Below, one piece after another: positions 1-17,073 of a stretch of 64,000 nucleotides of DNA (its first letter is position 1; every line of letters begins with the position of its first letter). The position numbers were made by a program, and so were the translations under genes. Location: sequence record PX915678.1; one strand, 5' to 3'. A model generated the notes under the pieces. It was not told the DNA's origin. It saw nothing but the letters and a program-made list of their open reading frames with translations, and searched no databases. This DNA comes from a phage.

Positions 1-102
1 GCTCCTAATATTTCTTCACCATTTTTAATCCATGAAATACGTTCCTGACCTTCGCCAGGAACGTATTTCATGGATTAAAAATGGTGAAGAAATATTAGGA
101 GC
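1..102. repeat. perfect 47-bp inverted repeat (arms 1-47 and 56-102, 8-nt spacer) at the window edge
   Basis: Reverse complement of 1-47 is identical to 56-102; the right arm is genuine wac coding sequence ([16 protein letters not shown]). Confidence 0.9.
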
Positions 103-1462
103 TAGTACTAAGTATGGAAACGATGGGTCAATGAATAGACCAACTGTTTCCGTGTTTAAAAACGTCGAGGTTCTCGACGAAAATGTAGGAATTCTTAAAA
201 CTGCCATTGAAACATCTCAGGAAGATATTAAAACTATTCAAGGCATTTTAGATGTATCAGGAGATATAGAAGCGCTATCACAGATCAGCGTTAATAAAAA
301 TGATATATCAAGTTTAAAGACGCTCACAAGTGAACATACTGATATATTAAATGGTACAAATACTACGGTTGATAATATTCTTTCTGATATTGGTCCATTT
401 AATTCGCAAGCAAATTCAGTTTATAGAACGATTAGAAATGATTTGCTGTGGATTAAAAGGGAACTAGGACAATATGCTGGACAAGATATTAATGGTCTTC
501 CTGTTGTAGGAAATAGCAGCACGGGGATGAAGCACCGTATCATTAATAATACAGATGCTATAACTTCCCAAGGAATACGTCTAAGTGATTTGGAAGAAAA
601 ATTTATTGAATCTGATGTAGGTTCGCTTACAATCGAAGTAGGAAATCTTAGACAGGAATTAGGACAAAGACCGCCTTCATTTAGTGAAAGTATATATTCA
701 CGTGTGCATAATTTAGATCAATCACAAATTAATCTTAATTCCGAAATTAAATCTATCAAAACTTCTATTGGATATCCAGGAAATACTTCAATAATCACAG
801 ATGTTAACACTAATACACGAGAAATTTCAGCTTTAACTGATGAGCTAAATAAAAGCGGAGGTGTTAAACAGCGATTAACTGTCATTGAAACATCAATTGG
901 CTCAGATGATATTCCTTCTAGTATTAAAGGTAAAATTAAAGATAATACAACATCTATTGAGTTTTTAAATGGAATTGTTGGTGAAAACACTTCATCTGGA
1001 CTACGAGCAAACGTTTCGTGGTTAAACCAAATTGTTGGAACTGATTCTAGCGGTGGACAACCTTCTCCTCCTGGGTCTCTTTTAAATAGAGTTTCAACAG
1101 TTGAAACTTCCGTTAATAGACTGAATAATGATGTTCAAAACTTGCAAGTTGAAATTGGTAATAACAATTCCGGAATTAAAGGACAGGTTGTAACATTAAA
1201 TAAATTAGTAAATGGAACAAATCCAAATGGTTCAACTGTCGAAGAACGTGGATTAACTAATTCAATAAAAGCTAATGAAACTAACATTTCTTCTATTAAT
1301 CAAGAAATGCGTAGTATTAAAAGTAATGTATCTTCATTACAGGCGGATGTTCAGACTTTACAGGAAGCAGGTTATATTCCTGAAGCTCCAAAAGATGGTC
1401 AAGCTTACGTTCGTAAAGACGGCGAATGGGTATTACTTTCTACCTTTTTATCACCAGCATAA
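32..1462 (+). CDS. wac: fibritin (whisker/neck fibre), 5' end unreliable
   Basis: 476-aa ORF ending in the foldon [27 protein letters not shown]; body matches T4 fibritin from [14 protein letters not shown] onward. First 10 codons lie inside a 47-bp inverted repeat at the window edge, so the true N-terminus is probably missing. Confidence 0.85.
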   Translation: MKYVPDLRQERISWIKNGEEILGASTKYGNDGSMNRPTVSVFKNVEVLDENVGILKTAIETSQEDIKTIQGILDVSGDIEALSQISVNKNDISSLKTLTSEHTDILNGTNTTVDNILSDIGPFNSQANSVYRTIRNDLLWIKRELGQYAGQDINGLPVVGNSSTGMKHRIINNTDAITSQGIRLSDLEEKFIESDVGSLTIEVGNLRQELGQRPPSFSESIYSRVHNLDQSQINLNSEIKSIKTSIGYPGNTSIITDVNTNTREISALTDELNKSGGVKQRLTVIETSIGSDDIPSSIKGKIKDNTTSIEFLNGIVGENTSSGLRANVSWLNQIVGTDSSGGQPSPPGSLLNRVSTVETSVNRLNNDVQNLQVEIGNNNSGIKGQVVTLNKLVNGTNPNGSTVEERGLTNSIKANETNISSINQEMRSIKSNVSSLQADVQTLQEAGYIPEAPKDGQAYVRKDGEWVLLSTFLSPA

Positions 1463-1465
1463 CAT

Positions 1466-1492
1466 GGGGCCGCAAGGCCCCAAAGGATTTTT
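1466..1492 (+). terminator. intrinsic terminator-like hairpin after wac
   Basis: GGGGCC-GCAA-GGCCCC stem-loop followed by a T-rich stretch. Confidence 0.6.
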
Positions 1493-1494
1493 AA

Positions 1495-3196
<1,702 letters not shown>

Positions 3197-3237
3197 TAAA
3201 TATTATAAACTAATTAAAGCCCAGATTAGGAGAAATC

Positions 3238-6378
<3,141 letters not shown>

Positions 6379-6406
6379 TATTAAAGCATATTAAAGAGGA
6401 TTAAAA

Positions 6407-8386
6407 ATGACTTTATTATCTCCGGGCATTGAGCTCAAAGAAACTACGGTTCAAAGCACCGTGGTTAATAACTCTACTGGTACAGCAGCTTTGGCCGGTA
6501 AATTCCAGTGGGGTCCTGCTTTTCAAATTAAACAGGTTACAAATGAAGTAGATTTAGTTAATACTTTTGGTCAACCTACAGCTGAAACTGCTGACTATTT
6601 TATGTCTGCAATGAATTTCTTACAATACGGAAATGATTTGCGAGTTGTGCGTGCTGTCGATAGAGATACCGCTAAAAACTCATCTCCGATTGCCGGTAAT
6701 ATTGAATACACTATTTCTACCCCAGGTAGTAACTACGCGGTTGGAGATAAAATCACGGTTAAGTATGTTTCAGAAGATGTTGAAACAGAATGTAAAGTTA
6801 CCGAAGTAGATGCTGATGGAAAAATTAAGAAAATTAATATTCCTACCGCAAAAATTATCGCTAAAGCGAAAGAAGTAGGCGAATATCCAGCATTAGGTTC
6901 TAACTGGACCGCGGAAATTTCTTCGTCTTCCTCTGGTTTAGCTGCAGTAATAACTCTTGGAAAAATTATTACTGATTCTGGTATTTTATTAGCTGAAATT
7001 GAAAATGCTGAAGCTGCTATGACAGCTGTTGACTTTCAAGCAAATCTCGAAAAATATGGAATTCCAGGAGTAGTAGCTCTTTATCCAGGCGAGTTGGGCG
7101 ATAAAATCGAAATTGAAATCGTATCTAAAGCTGACTACGCAAAAGGTGCTTCTGCATTACTTCCAATTTATCCAGGTGGCGGAACACGCGCATCTACTGC
7201 CAAAGCAGTGTTTGGATATGGACCACAAACTGATTCACAATACGCTATTATAGTTCGTCGCAATGATGCTATTGTTCAAAGCGTTGTTCTTTCAACGAAG
7301 CGTGGTGAAAAAGATATTTACGATAGTAACATCTATATTGATGACTTTTTCGCAAAAGGTGGTTCAGAATATATTTTCGCAACTGCACAAAACTGGCCAG
7401 AAGGCTTCTCTGGAATTTTAACTCTGTCTGGCGGATTATCATCAAATGCTGAAGTAACAGCAGGAGATTTGATGGAAGCTTGGGACTTCTTTGCTGACCG
7501 TGAATCTGTTGATGTTCAGTTGTTTATTGCGGGTTCTTGTGCCGGTGAATCTTTAGAAACAGCATCTACTGTCCAAAAACACGTCGTTTCAATTGGGGAT
7601 GCTCGCCAAGATTGCTTAGTACTGTGCTCGCCACCGCGTGAAACTGTAGTTGGAATTCCTGTAACTCGTGCTGTTGATAACTTAGTCAATTGGAGAACTG
7701 CAGCAGGTTCATACACTGATAATAACTTTAATATCAGTTCAACCTACGCAGCAATTGATGGTAACTACAAGTATCAGTATGACAAATATAATGATGTAAA
7801 TCGTTGGGTTCCATTAGCAGCTGATATTGCTGGTTTATGCGCGAGAACCGATAACGTTTCTCAGACTTGGATGTCTCCAGCTGGTTATAATCGCGGCCAG
7901 ATTTTGAACGTTATTAAACTTGCTATTGAAACTCGCCAGGCGCAGCGCGATCGTTTATACCAAGAAGCTATCAACCCAGTAACTGGTACAGGTGGTGATG
8001 GTTACGTATTGTATGGTGATAAAACAGCTACTTCTGTTCCTTCTCCATTTGATCGTATTAACGTTCGTCGTCTGTTTAATATGTTGAAAACGAATATCGG
8101 ACGTAGTTCAAAATATCGTTTGTTCGAATTAAACAACGCGTTTACTCGTTCATCGTTCCGCACAGAAACTTCCCAGTACTTGCAGGGAATTAAAGCTCTC
8201 GGTGGAATTTATGAATATCGTGTAGTTTGCGATACAACAAATAACACTCCGTCAGTAATTGATAGAAATGAGTTTGTTGCAACATTCTACATCCAACCGG
8301 CTAGAAGCATTAACTACATTACCTTAAACTTCGTAGCAACTGCTACTGGTGCAGATTTCGATGAGTTAACTGGTCTTGCAGGTTAA
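6407..8386 (+). CDS. 18: contractile tail sheath protein
   Basis: 659-aa ORF (T4 gp18 is 659 aa); TATAAATA late promoter about 30 nt upstream. Confidence 0.95.
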   Translation: MTLLSPGIELKETTVQSTVVNNSTGTAALAGKFQWGPAFQIKQVTNEVDLVNTFGQPTAETADYFMSAMNFLQYGNDLRVVRAVDRDTAKNSSPIAGNIEYTISTPGSNYAVGDKITVKYVSEDVETECKVTEVDADGKIKKINIPTAKIIAKAKEVGEYPALGSNWTAEISSSSSGLAAVITLGKIITDSGILLAEIENAEAAMTAVDFQANLEKYGIPGVVALYPGELGDKIEIEIVSKADYAKGASALLPIYPGGGTRASTAKAVFGYGPQTDSQYAIIVRRNDAIVQSVVLSTKRGEKDIYDSNIYIDDFFAKGGSEYIFATAQNWPEGFSGILTLSGGLSSNAEVTAGDLMEAWDFFADRESVDVQLFIAGSCAGESLETASTVQKHVVSIGDARQDCLVLCSPPRETVVGIPVTRAVDNLVNWRTAAGSYTDNNFNISSTYAAIDGNYKYQYDKYNDVNRWVPLAADIAGLCARTDNVSQTWMSPAGYNRGQILNVIKLAIETRQAQRDRLYQEAINPVTGTGGDGYVLYGDKTATSVPSPFDRINVRRLFNMLKTNIGRSSKYRLFELNNAFTRSSFRTETSQYLQGIKALGGIYEYRVVCDTTNNTPSVIDRNEFVATFYIQPARSINYITLNFVATATGADFDELTGLAG

Positions 8387-8402
8387 TACGGTGCATTCTA
8401 AA

Positions 8403-8420
8403 GGCCTGTTTCGGCAGGCC
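8403..8420 (+). terminator. GC stem-loop after gene 18
   Basis: GGCCTG-TTTCGG-CAGGCC hairpin; no clear T-run, so it may be a stabiliser rather than a terminator. Confidence 0.4.
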
Positions 8421-8421
8421 A

Positions 8422-8429
8422 TATAAATA
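8422..8429 (+). promoter_or_regulatory. late promoter (TATAAATA), upstream of gene 19
   Basis: Exact TATAAATA in the 18-19 intergenic region. Confidence 0.55.
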
Positions 8430-8480
8430 CACTATATCCTTAATTCTTTAATTCTATATGCCCTAGGTTAAACATAGGGA

Positions 8481-8488
8481 TATAAATA
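8481..8488 (+). promoter_or_regulatory. late promoter (TATAAATA) for gene 19
   Basis: Exact TATAAATA about 15 nt before the ATG. Confidence 0.7.
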
Positions 8489-8502
8489 CTACAGAGGCTA
8501 AT

Positions 8503-8994
8503 ATGTTTGTAGATGATGTAACACGAGCGTTTGAATCTGGTGATTTTGCTCGACCTAACTTATTCCAAGTAGAAATTTCTTATCTTGGACAAAATTTTAC
8601 GTTTCAATGCAAAGCCACTGCTTTACCAGCTGGTATTGTAGAAAAAATTCCAGTCGGATTTATGAACCGTAAAATTAACGTAGCAGGCGATCGTACATTC
8701 GATGACTGGACTGTTACAGTAATGAACGATGAGGCACATGATGCTCGCCAGAAGTTTGTTGATTGGCAAAGCATTGCTGCTGGGCAAGGGAACGAAATTA
8801 CTGGTGGAAAACCAGCAGAGTATAAAAAGAGCGCTGTTGTTCGCCAATACGCTCGTGATGCTAAAACTGTAACAAAAGAAGTCGAAATTAAAGGCCTGTG
8901 GCCTACTAACGTGGGTGAACTTCAATTAGATTGGGATTCAAACAATGAAATCCAAACCTTTGAAGTAACTCTTGCTCTCGATTATTGGGAATAA
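8503..8994 (+). CDS. 19: tail tube protein
   Basis: 163-aa ORF after gene 18, preceded by two TATAAATA boxes; T4 gp19 size. Confidence 0.95.
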   Translation: MFVDDVTRAFESGDFARPNLFQVEISYLGQNFTFQCKATALPAGIVEKIPVGFMNRKINVAGDRTFDDWTVTVMNDEAHDARQKFVDWQSIAAGQGNEITGGKPAEYKKSAVVRQYARDAKTVTKEVEIKGLWPTNVGELQLDWDSNNEIQTFEVTLALDYWE

Positions 8995-9026
8995 AATGAA
9001 TGGGGAGAAATCCCCATCCTGCTTAA

Positions 9027-10651
<1,625 letters not shown>

Positions 10652-10652
<1 letters not shown>

Positions 10653-10894
10653 TGGAAGGTTTAATTGAAGCTATTAAATCAAACGACCTCGTAGCCGCTC
10701 GTAAATTCTTTGCTGAAGCCATGGCTGCAAGAACGATTGATTTAATTAAAGAAGAAAAAATCGCTATCGCTCGTAATTTCTTAATCGAAGGTGAAGAACC
10801 TGATGATGACGAGGATGATGAAGATAGCGATGATAAAGACGACAAAAAAGACAAAGACTCTGACGAAGATGACGAAGACGAGGATGATGAATAA
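10652..10894 (+). CDS. 67: prohead core protein gp67
   Basis: 80-aa ORF with an extremely acidic D/E-rich C-terminal tail; position between 20 and 68. Confidence 0.85.
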
Positions 10895-11319
10895 TGCTTC
10901 TGATCCCTGAAACTCATGAATTAGTTCTCGAGAATGTCGAAGCACTTATTCCTGAAGCACAGGGTCGCTTTGACGAATTGTCTTCTGCTTTAAATAAAGA
11001 CGATATAAATACAATTGTCGAGAATATGCTTGATGATGAAACTGATTTAGCGATTGCATTAGCTTCTATTAATGAAGATATGCCGCTAAATGAATTCATC
11101 GTTAAACATGTTTCTGCTCGTGGTGAAATTACACGTACCAAAGACCGTAAAACGCGTGAACGTAATGCATTTCAAACCACCGGGCTGTCTAAAGCAAAAC
11201 GTAGACAAATTGCTCGCAAAGCTACCAAAACGAAGATTGCCAACCCAGCAGGTCAATCTCGTGCTCAGCGTAAGCGTAAAAAAGCTCTTAAACGCCGTAA
11301 AGCATTAGGATTAAGCTAA
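10894..11319 (+). CDS. 68: prohead core protein gp68
   Basis: 141-aa ORF with basic K/R-rich C-terminus; between 67 and 21. Confidence 0.85.
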   Translation: MLLIPETHELVLENVEALIPEAQGRFDELSSALNKDDINTIVENMLDDETDLAIALASINEDMPLNEFIVKHVSARGEITRTKDRKTRERNAFQTTGLSKAKRRQIARKATKTKIANPAGQSRAQRKRKKALKRRKALGLS

Positions 11320-11957
11320 TGAATGAACCCCAATTACTAATTGAAACTTGGGGTCAACCTGGCGAAATTATTGATGGCGTGCCAATGCTTGAATCTCACG
11401 ATGGAAAAGACCTAGGTTTAAAACCTGGTTTATACATCGAAGGAATATTCATGCAAGCGGAAGTCGTCAATAGAAATAAACGTCTTTATCCAAAACGCAT
11501 ATTAGAAAAAGCGGTAAAAGACTATATCAATGAGCAAGTTTTAACTAAACAAGCTCTCGGAGAATTAAATCATCCTCCACGCGCTAATGTTGACCCGATG
11601 CAAGCCGCTATCATTATAGAAGATATGTGGTGGAAAGGAAATGACGTATACGGACGAGCTCGTGTTATTGAAGGTGACCATGGTCCTGGAGATAAATTAG
11701 CAGCTAATATTCGTGCCGGATGGATTCCAGGAGTTTCTTCTCGTGGATTAGGTTCATTGACTGACACAAATAAAGGTTATCGTATCGTAAACGAAGGATT
11801 CAAATTAACTGTAGGTGTTGATGCAGTATGGGGTCCAAGTGCTCCAGATGCATGGGTAACTCCTAAGGAAATTACCGAATCACAGACGGCGGAAGCCGAT
11901 ACAAGTGCCGATGACGCCTATATGGCTCTCGCAGAGGCCATGAAAAAAGCGTTATAA
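11319..11957 (+). CDS. 21: prohead core protease
   Basis: 212-aa ORF in T4 gene 21 position and size. Confidence 0.92.
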   Translation: MNEPQLLIETWGQPGEIIDGVPMLESHDGKDLGLKPGLYIEGIFMQAEVVNRNKRLYPKRILEKAVKDYINEQVLTKQALGELNHPPRANVDPMQAAIIIEDMWWKGNDVYGRARVIEGDHGPGDKLAANIRAGWIPGVSSRGLGSLTDTNKGYRIVNEGFKLTVGVDAVWGPSAPDAWVTPKEITESQTAEADTSADDAYMALAEAMKKAL

Positions 11958-11960
11958 ATA
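11953..11960 (+). promoter_or_regulatory. late promoter (TATAAATA) for gene 22
   Basis: Exact TATAAATA about 28 nt before the ATG. Confidence 0.7.
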
Positions 11961-11987
11961 TTATTATCTAAACAACAGGACTACAAA

Positions 11988-12797
11988 ATGCTTAAAGAAC
12001 AACTGATTGCTGAAGCGCAAAAAATTGATGCTTCCGTTGCTCTTGATAGTATTTTCGAATCAGTTAATATTTCTCCGGAAGCAAAAGAAACTTTCGGCAC
12101 TGTATTCGAAGCTACCGTCAAGCAGCACGCCGTTAAATTAGCTGAATCTCATATCGCTAAAATTGCTGAAAAAGCAGAAGAAGAAGTAGAAAAAAATAAA
12201 GAAGAAGCCGAAGAAAAAGCTGAGAAGAAAATCGCTGAGCAAGCTTCTAAATTCATCGACCATCTTGCGAAAGAATGGCTCGCTGAAAATAAATTAGCAG
12301 TTGATAAAGGCATCAAAGCCGAACTGTTTGAATCCATGCTTGGTGGATTAAAAGAGCTCTTTGTTGAACACAACGTTGTTGTTCCAGAAGAATCAGTTGA
12401 TGTTGTAGCTGAAATGGAAGAAGAGCTGCAAGAACATAAAGAAGAATCAGCTCGTCTGTTCGAAGAACTCAATATGCGCGACGCATATATCAATTATGTG
12501 CAGCGTGAAGTGGCATTGAGCGAAAGTACTAAAGATCTGACTGAGTCTCAAAAAGAAAAAGTCTCTGCTCTGGTCGAAGGTATGGATTATTCAGATGCAT
12601 TCTCAAGTAAATTGAGTGCCATCGTAGAAATGGTGAAGAAGTCTAATAAAGATGAAAGCACTATTACTGAGGGTATAAATACTCCTGATACTGAAGCAGC
12701 CGGACTGAATTTCGTCACTGAAGCTGTAGAAGATAAAGCTGCACCTGGTGCAGAAGATATTGTAAGTGTATATGCGAAAGTCGCATCTCGTTTCTAA
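11988..12797 (+). CDS. 22: prohead scaffolding core protein
   Basis: 269-aa strongly acidic, coiled-coil-rich ORF; TATAAATA about 28 nt upstream. Confidence 0.92.
   Translation: MLKEQLIAEAQKIDASVALDSIFESVNISPEAKETFGTVFEATVKQHAVKLAESHIAKIAEKAEEEVEKNKEEAEEKAEKKIAEQASKFIDHLAKEWLAENKLAVDKGIKAELFESMLGGLKELFVEHNVVVPEESVDVVAEMEEELQEHKEESARLFEELNMRDAYINYVQREVALSESTKDLTESQKEKVSALVEGMDYSDAFSSKLSAIVEMVKKSNKDESTITEGINTPDTEAAGLNFVTEAVEDKAAPGAEDIVSVYAKVASRF
12674..12681 (+). promoter_or_regulatory. late promoter (TATAAATA) for gene 23, inside the 3' end of gene 22
   Basis: Exact TATAAATA about 135 nt upstream of the gene 23 ATG. Confidence 0.6.
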
Positions 12798-12815
12798 TTT
12801 TAAAGGTTAACACAA

Positions 12816-14381
12816 ATGACTATCAAAACTAAAGCTGAACTTTTGAACAAATGGAAGCCATTACTGGAAGGTGAAGGTTTACCGGAAATTGCTAATAGCA
12901 AACAAGCGATTATCGCTAAAATCTTTGAAAACCAGGAAAAAGATTTCCAGACAGCTCCAGAGTACAAAGACGAAAAAATCGCTCAGGCGTTCGGTTCTTT
13001 CTTAACAGAAGCTGAAATCGGTGGTGACCACGGTTACAATGCTACTAACATCGCTGCAGGTCAGACTTCTGGTGCAGTAACTCAGATTGGCCCAGCTGTT
13101 ATGGGTATGGTACGTCGTGCTATTCCTAACCTGATTGCTTTCGATATTTGCGGTGTTCAGCCGATGAACAGCCCGACTGGCCAGGTATTCGCACTGCGCG
13201 CAGTATATGGTAAAGACCCAATCGCTGCCGGTGCTAAAGAAGCATTCCACCCAATGTATGGTCCAGATGCAATGTTCTCTGGTCAGGGTGCTGCTAAGAA
13301 ATTCCCAGCTCTGGCTGCTAGTACACAAACCGTTGTAGGTGATATCTATACTCACTTCTTCCAGGAAACTGGTACTGTGTATCTGCAAGCTTCCGCTGTA
13401 GTAACAATCGATGCTAGTGCTAACGATGCAACTAAACTGGATGCTGAAATTAAGAAACAAATGGAAGCTGGTGTACTGGTAGAAATCGCTGAAGGTATGG
13501 CTACTTCTATCGCTGAACTTCAGGAAGGTTTCAACGGTTCTACCGATAACCCATGGAATGAAATGGGCTTCCGTATCGATAAACAAGTTATCGAAGCTAA
13601 ATCTCGTCAGCTGAAAGCTGCTTACTCTATCGAATTAGCACAAGACCTCCGCGCTGTTCACGGTATGGATGCTGATGCTGAACTGTCTGGTATTCTGGCT
13701 ACCGAAATCATGCTGGAAATCAACCGTGAAGTTGTTGATTGGATTAACTACTCAGCTCAGGTTGGTAAATCTGGTATGACCCTGACTCCGGGTTCTAAAG
13801 CTGGTGTATTTGACTTCCAGGATCCGATTGATATTCGTGGTGCTCGCTGGGCGGGTGAATCCTTTAAAGCTCTGTTGTTCCAGATTGACAAAGAAGCAGT
13901 TGAAATTGCTCGTCAGACTGGTCGTGGTGAAGGTAACTTCATTATCGCTTCCCGTAACGTAGTTAACGTTCTGGCTTCAGTTGATACTGGCATTTCTTAT
14001 GCTGCACAGGGTCTGGCTACCGGCTTTAACACTGATACTACCAAGTCAGTATTTGCTGGTGTTCTGGGTGGTAAATACCGTGTATATATCGACCAGTATG
14101 CTAAACAGGATTATTTCACTGTAGGTTATAAAGGTCCGAACGAAATGGATGCTGGTATTTACTACGCTCCATATGTAGCTCTGACTCCGCTGCGTGGTTC
14201 CGATCCGAAGAACTTCCAACCAGTAATGGGATTCAAAACTCGTTACGGTATCGGTATCAACCCATTTGCAGAATCCGCTGCTCAGGCTCCGGCTTCTCGC
14301 ATCCAGAGCGGTATGCCTTCTATTCTGAATAGCCTTGGTAAAAACGCTTACTTCCGCCGTGTATATGTTAAAGGTATCTAA
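12816..14381 (+). CDS. 23: major capsid protein
   Basis: 521-aa ORF recalled as near-identical to T4 gp23 (MTIKTKAELLNKWKPLLEGEG...); strong hairpin terminator downstream. Confidence 0.97.
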   Translation: MTIKTKAELLNKWKPLLEGEGLPEIANSKQAIIAKIFENQEKDFQTAPEYKDEKIAQAFGSFLTEAEIGGDHGYNATNIAAGQTSGAVTQIGPAVMGMVRRAIPNLIAFDICGVQPMNSPTGQVFALRAVYGKDPIAAGAKEAFHPMYGPDAMFSGQGAAKKFPALAASTQTVVGDIYTHFFQETGTVYLQASAVVTIDASANDATKLDAEIKKQMEAGVLVEIAEGMATSIAELQEGFNGSTDNPWNEMGFRIDKQVIEAKSRQLKAAYSIELAQDLRAVHGMDADAELSGILATEIMLEINREVVDWINYSAQVGKSGMTLTPGSKAGVFDFQDPIDIRGARWAGESFKALLFQIDKEAVEIARQTGRGEGNFIIASRNVVNVLASVDTGISYAAQGLATGFNTDTTKSVFAGVLGGKYRVYIDQYAKQDYFTVGYKGPNEMDAGIYYAPYVALTPLRGSDPKNFQPVMGFKTRYGIGINPFAESAAQAPASRIQSGMPSILNSLGKNAYFRRVYVKGI

Positions 14382-14396
14382 TCTTTGACGATTTAA

Positions 14397-14426
14397 GGGA
14401 CCTTCGGGTCCCTTTAGTTGTTTTTA
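14397..14426 (+). terminator. intrinsic terminator after gene 23
   Basis: GGGACC-TTCG-GGTCCC hairpin followed by TTTAGTTGTTTTT. Confidence 0.75.
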
Positions 14427-14429
14427 TGG

Positions 14430-14437
14430 TATAAATA
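14430..14437 (+). promoter_or_regulatory. late promoter (TATAAATA) for gene 24
   Basis: Exact TATAAATA just after the gene 23 terminator. Confidence 0.7.
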
Positions 14438-14464
14438 AATCATATAAACCAAAAGGAAAGCGCA

Positions 14465-15748
14465 ATGGCTAAAATCAACGAACTTCTGCGCGAATCAACC
14501 ACAACGAATAGCAACTCAATCGGTCGCCCAAATCTCGTTGCTTTGACTCGCGCTACCACTAAATTAATATATTCTGACATTGTAGCAACGCAAAGAACTA
14601 ATCAACCTGTTGCTGCTTTTTATGGTATCAAATACCTTAACCCAGATAACGAATTTACATTTAAAACTGGTGCTACTTACGCTGGCGAAGCTGGATACGT
14701 AGACCGAGAACAAATCACAGAATTAACAGAAGAGTCTAAATTAACTCTCAATAAAGGCGATTTATTCAAATATAATAATATCGTTTATAAAGTATTAGAA
14801 AATACACCATTTGCTGATATTGAAGAAAGTGATTTAGAATTAGCTCTTCAGATTGCAATCGTTCTTTTAAAGGTTCGTCTATTTTCTGATGCTGCAGTAA
14901 CAAGCAAATTTGAAAGCTCTGATAGTGAAATTGCGGATGCTAGATTCCAGATTAATAAATGGCAAACCGCAGTTAAATCTCGTAAACTTAAAACTGGCAT
15001 CACAGTCGAATTAGCACAAGATTTAGAAGCAAATGGATTCGATGCTCCTAATTTCTTGGAAGATTTGCTTGCAACTGAAATGGCGGATGAAATCAATAAA
15101 GATATTCTACAGTCTTTGATTACAGTATCAAAACGCTATAAAGTTACAGGAATTACTGATACTGGATTCATTGATTTGAGTTATGCATCTGCACCTGAAG
15201 CTGGTCGTTCATTATACCGAATGGTGTGTGAAATGGTTTCACATATTCAGAAAGAATCAACTTATACAGCAACGTTCTGCGTTGCTTCAGCTCGTGCCGC
15301 TGCGATTCTTGCTGCATCAGGTTGGTTAAAACATAAACCAGAAGATGATAAATATCTTTCACAAAATGCCTACGGGTTCTTAGCTAATGGTTTACCGCTT
15401 TATTGCGATACCAACAGCCCATTGGATTATGTAATCGTGGGTGTAGTAGAAAATATTGGTGAAAAAGAAATTGTTGGATCAATTTTCTATGCTCCGTATA
15501 CAGAAGGCCTTGACTTAGATGACCCTGAACATGTAGGTGCATTTAAAGTTGTAGTTGATCCAGAAAGTTTGCAGCCATCTATCGGTTTATTAGTTAGATA
15601 TGCTTTATCTGCAAATCCTTACACTGTAGCAAAAGATGAAAAAGAAGCAAGAGTAATTGACGGTGGAGACATGGATAAAATGGCGGGTCGTTCAGATTTG
15701 TCTGTTTTATTAGGTGTTAAGCTACCAAAAATTATCATTGATGAATAA
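14465..15748 (+). CDS. 24: capsid vertex protein
   Basis: 427-aa ORF following 23, with TATAAATA upstream; T4 gp24 size. Confidence 0.93.
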   Translation: MAKINELLRESTTTNSNSIGRPNLVALTRATTKLIYSDIVATQRTNQPVAAFYGIKYLNPDNEFTFKTGATYAGEAGYVDREQITELTEESKLTLNKGDLFKYNNIVYKVLENTPFADIEESDLELALQIAIVLLKVRLFSDAAVTSKFESSDSEIADARFQINKWQTAVKSRKLKTGITVELAQDLEANGFDAPNFLEDLLATEMADEINKDILQSLITVSKRYKVTGITDTGFIDLSYASAPEAGRSLYRMVCEMVSHIQKESTYTATFCVASARAAAILAASGWLKHKPEDDKYLSQNAYGFLANGLPLYCDTNSPLDYVIVGVVENIGEKEIVGSIFYAPYTEGLDLDDPEHVGAFKVVVDPESLQPSIGLLVRYALSANPYTVAKDEKEARVIDGGDMDKMAGRSDLSVLLGVKLPKIIIDE

Positions 15749-15752
15749 AACA

Positions 15753-15777
15753 AAGGGACCTTTCGGTCCCTTTTTAT
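15753..15777. terminator. bidirectional terminator between gene 24 and rnlB
   Basis: AAGGGACC-TTTC-GGTCCCTT hairpin flanked by A-run and T-run between convergent genes. Confidence 0.75.
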
Positions 15778-16782
15778 TTAACTTACCAATTCAATCCAAG
15801 CCGGACGAAGTACATCTTGTACCATTTTAACTAATTCCTTCTTAATCAAAGAAGGATTATCCGCTTGAGTTAGAGTAATACCTTCACGAGAAGTTTCTTC
15901 CAAAATATCTTGAACAGTTAGTCCCATCACCTTTCCAAAATCTTTTGGACCAATTTCGCCAATTTTAGAAATAACGTTATTTACTCGGTTCAGTGTAACG
16001 TAACAAGCTAAAATTCCCGCCAATTTGTTATCAGCTTCTGACAGTTCAACTTTAGCTTTAATAGGCTTATCAGACTTTTTCTTTTCGCTAAATTTAGAGT
16101 TCTTGCATTTGATGGCTACACGATTGCCGTTATGCAGCCAAGAAGGATAACAAGGTTTCAATACATATCCTTCAGCGGTAAATACTTCGCCTTTTGCTTC
16201 GGCATTCCAAACGCATTTATTTGCATCAACTAATCCAGCGTGGTCTACCGTAAAATTATAATCTTGGACGACAGAATCTAAATCATTTGGCAATTTAATA
16301 AGTTCTTCAAATTTACCGCGACCTAAAAGTGGAGCCATTTTAAATTTAAATGTATTACAGAATGATTCCATCATATAATCATCGACATAAGTCACATCAC
16401 CACTTTCTGTAGTAACAATAATGTCAAATACATAAAAATCTTTATCGCCATAATCGACATTCTTCTGAATGCCAGGTCCAGCGAATTCGCCAAAAACTTG
16501 ATAAGATACAACTGCTGAAGTTTCCATAATATCTTGTACTGCTTTAATGGAATCAGAGTAATTCTTCAAAATAATTTCATACCCAAAGAAATCTTCAGCA
16601 GGAAGAATAGGACCAGTGCGTTTAGCACAAGTTACTTTATCACGCTCAATAATTAATGAGAAATTTGTGCCATGAATCTTTTCACGAGCTACCCATTCGC
16701 CACCAGTCAATCCTAAACTATAAAGTTTTTCAATGAATTTAGAATTGTAATGATTTTCAAGACTGCTATACTTTTTAAACAT
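15778..16782 (-). CDS. rnlB: RNA ligase 2
   Basis: 334-aa ORF, sequence recalled as T4 Rnl2 ([16 protein letters not shown]...[10 protein letters not shown] with the ligase lysine motif KxHGxN). Confidence 0.93.
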   Translation of the reverse strand: MFKKYSSLENHYNSKFIEKLYSLGLTGGEWVAREKIHGTNFSLIIERDKVTCAKRTGPILPAEDFFGYEIILKNYSDSIKAVQDIMETSAVVSYQVFGEFAGPGIQKNVDYGDKDFYVFDIIVTTESGDVTYVDDYMMESFCNTFKFKMAPLLGRGKFEELIKLPNDLDSVVQDYNFTVDHAGLVDANKCVWNAEAKGEVFTAEGYVLKPCYPSWLHNGNRVAIKCKNSKFSEKKKSDKPIKAKVELSEADNKLAGILACYVTLNRVNNVISKIGEIGPKDFGKVMGLTVQDILEETSREGITLTQADNPSLIKKELVKMVQDVLRPAWIELVS

Positions 16783-16791
16783 AATTAATCC

Positions 16792-17070
16792 TCAAAATGT
16801 AATTTCTAACCAATCACCATCACGCTGATCACTATTGACTTTAAAGCTAAATCCTTCTTTTCTCAGCCAATCACCAATTTCTTCAGTAATCAATTTATCG
16901 CGAGCAGTACAATAATAACTAAAATATGTTTTACCTTGTTCAGCTGCTTTATTAGCAAGTTCCGAAAAATCTTTAATAAAACACTCTAGCTTAAACTGTT
17001 TGCTTTTAAGTGCTTTTTCTCGTAATTGATTAGCAAAAGATTCATTTTCATAAAGATCATACTGTTCCAT
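16792..17070 (-). CDS. hypothetical protein (T4 24.2 position)
   Basis: 92-aa ORF tightly packed between rnlB and hoc on the same strand. Confidence 0.6.
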   Translation of the reverse strand: MEQYDLYENESFANQLREKALKSKQFKLECFIKDFSELANKAAEQGKTYFSYYCTARDKLITEEIGDWLRKEGFSFKVNSDQRDGDWLEITF

Positions 17071-17073
17071 TTT

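Noticed and set aside
12149-13586. 114-aa and 194-aa minus-strand ORFs inside genes 22 and 23
   Set aside because: Antisense to highly conserved capsid genes within a late plus-strand operon; no promoter or RBS evidence.
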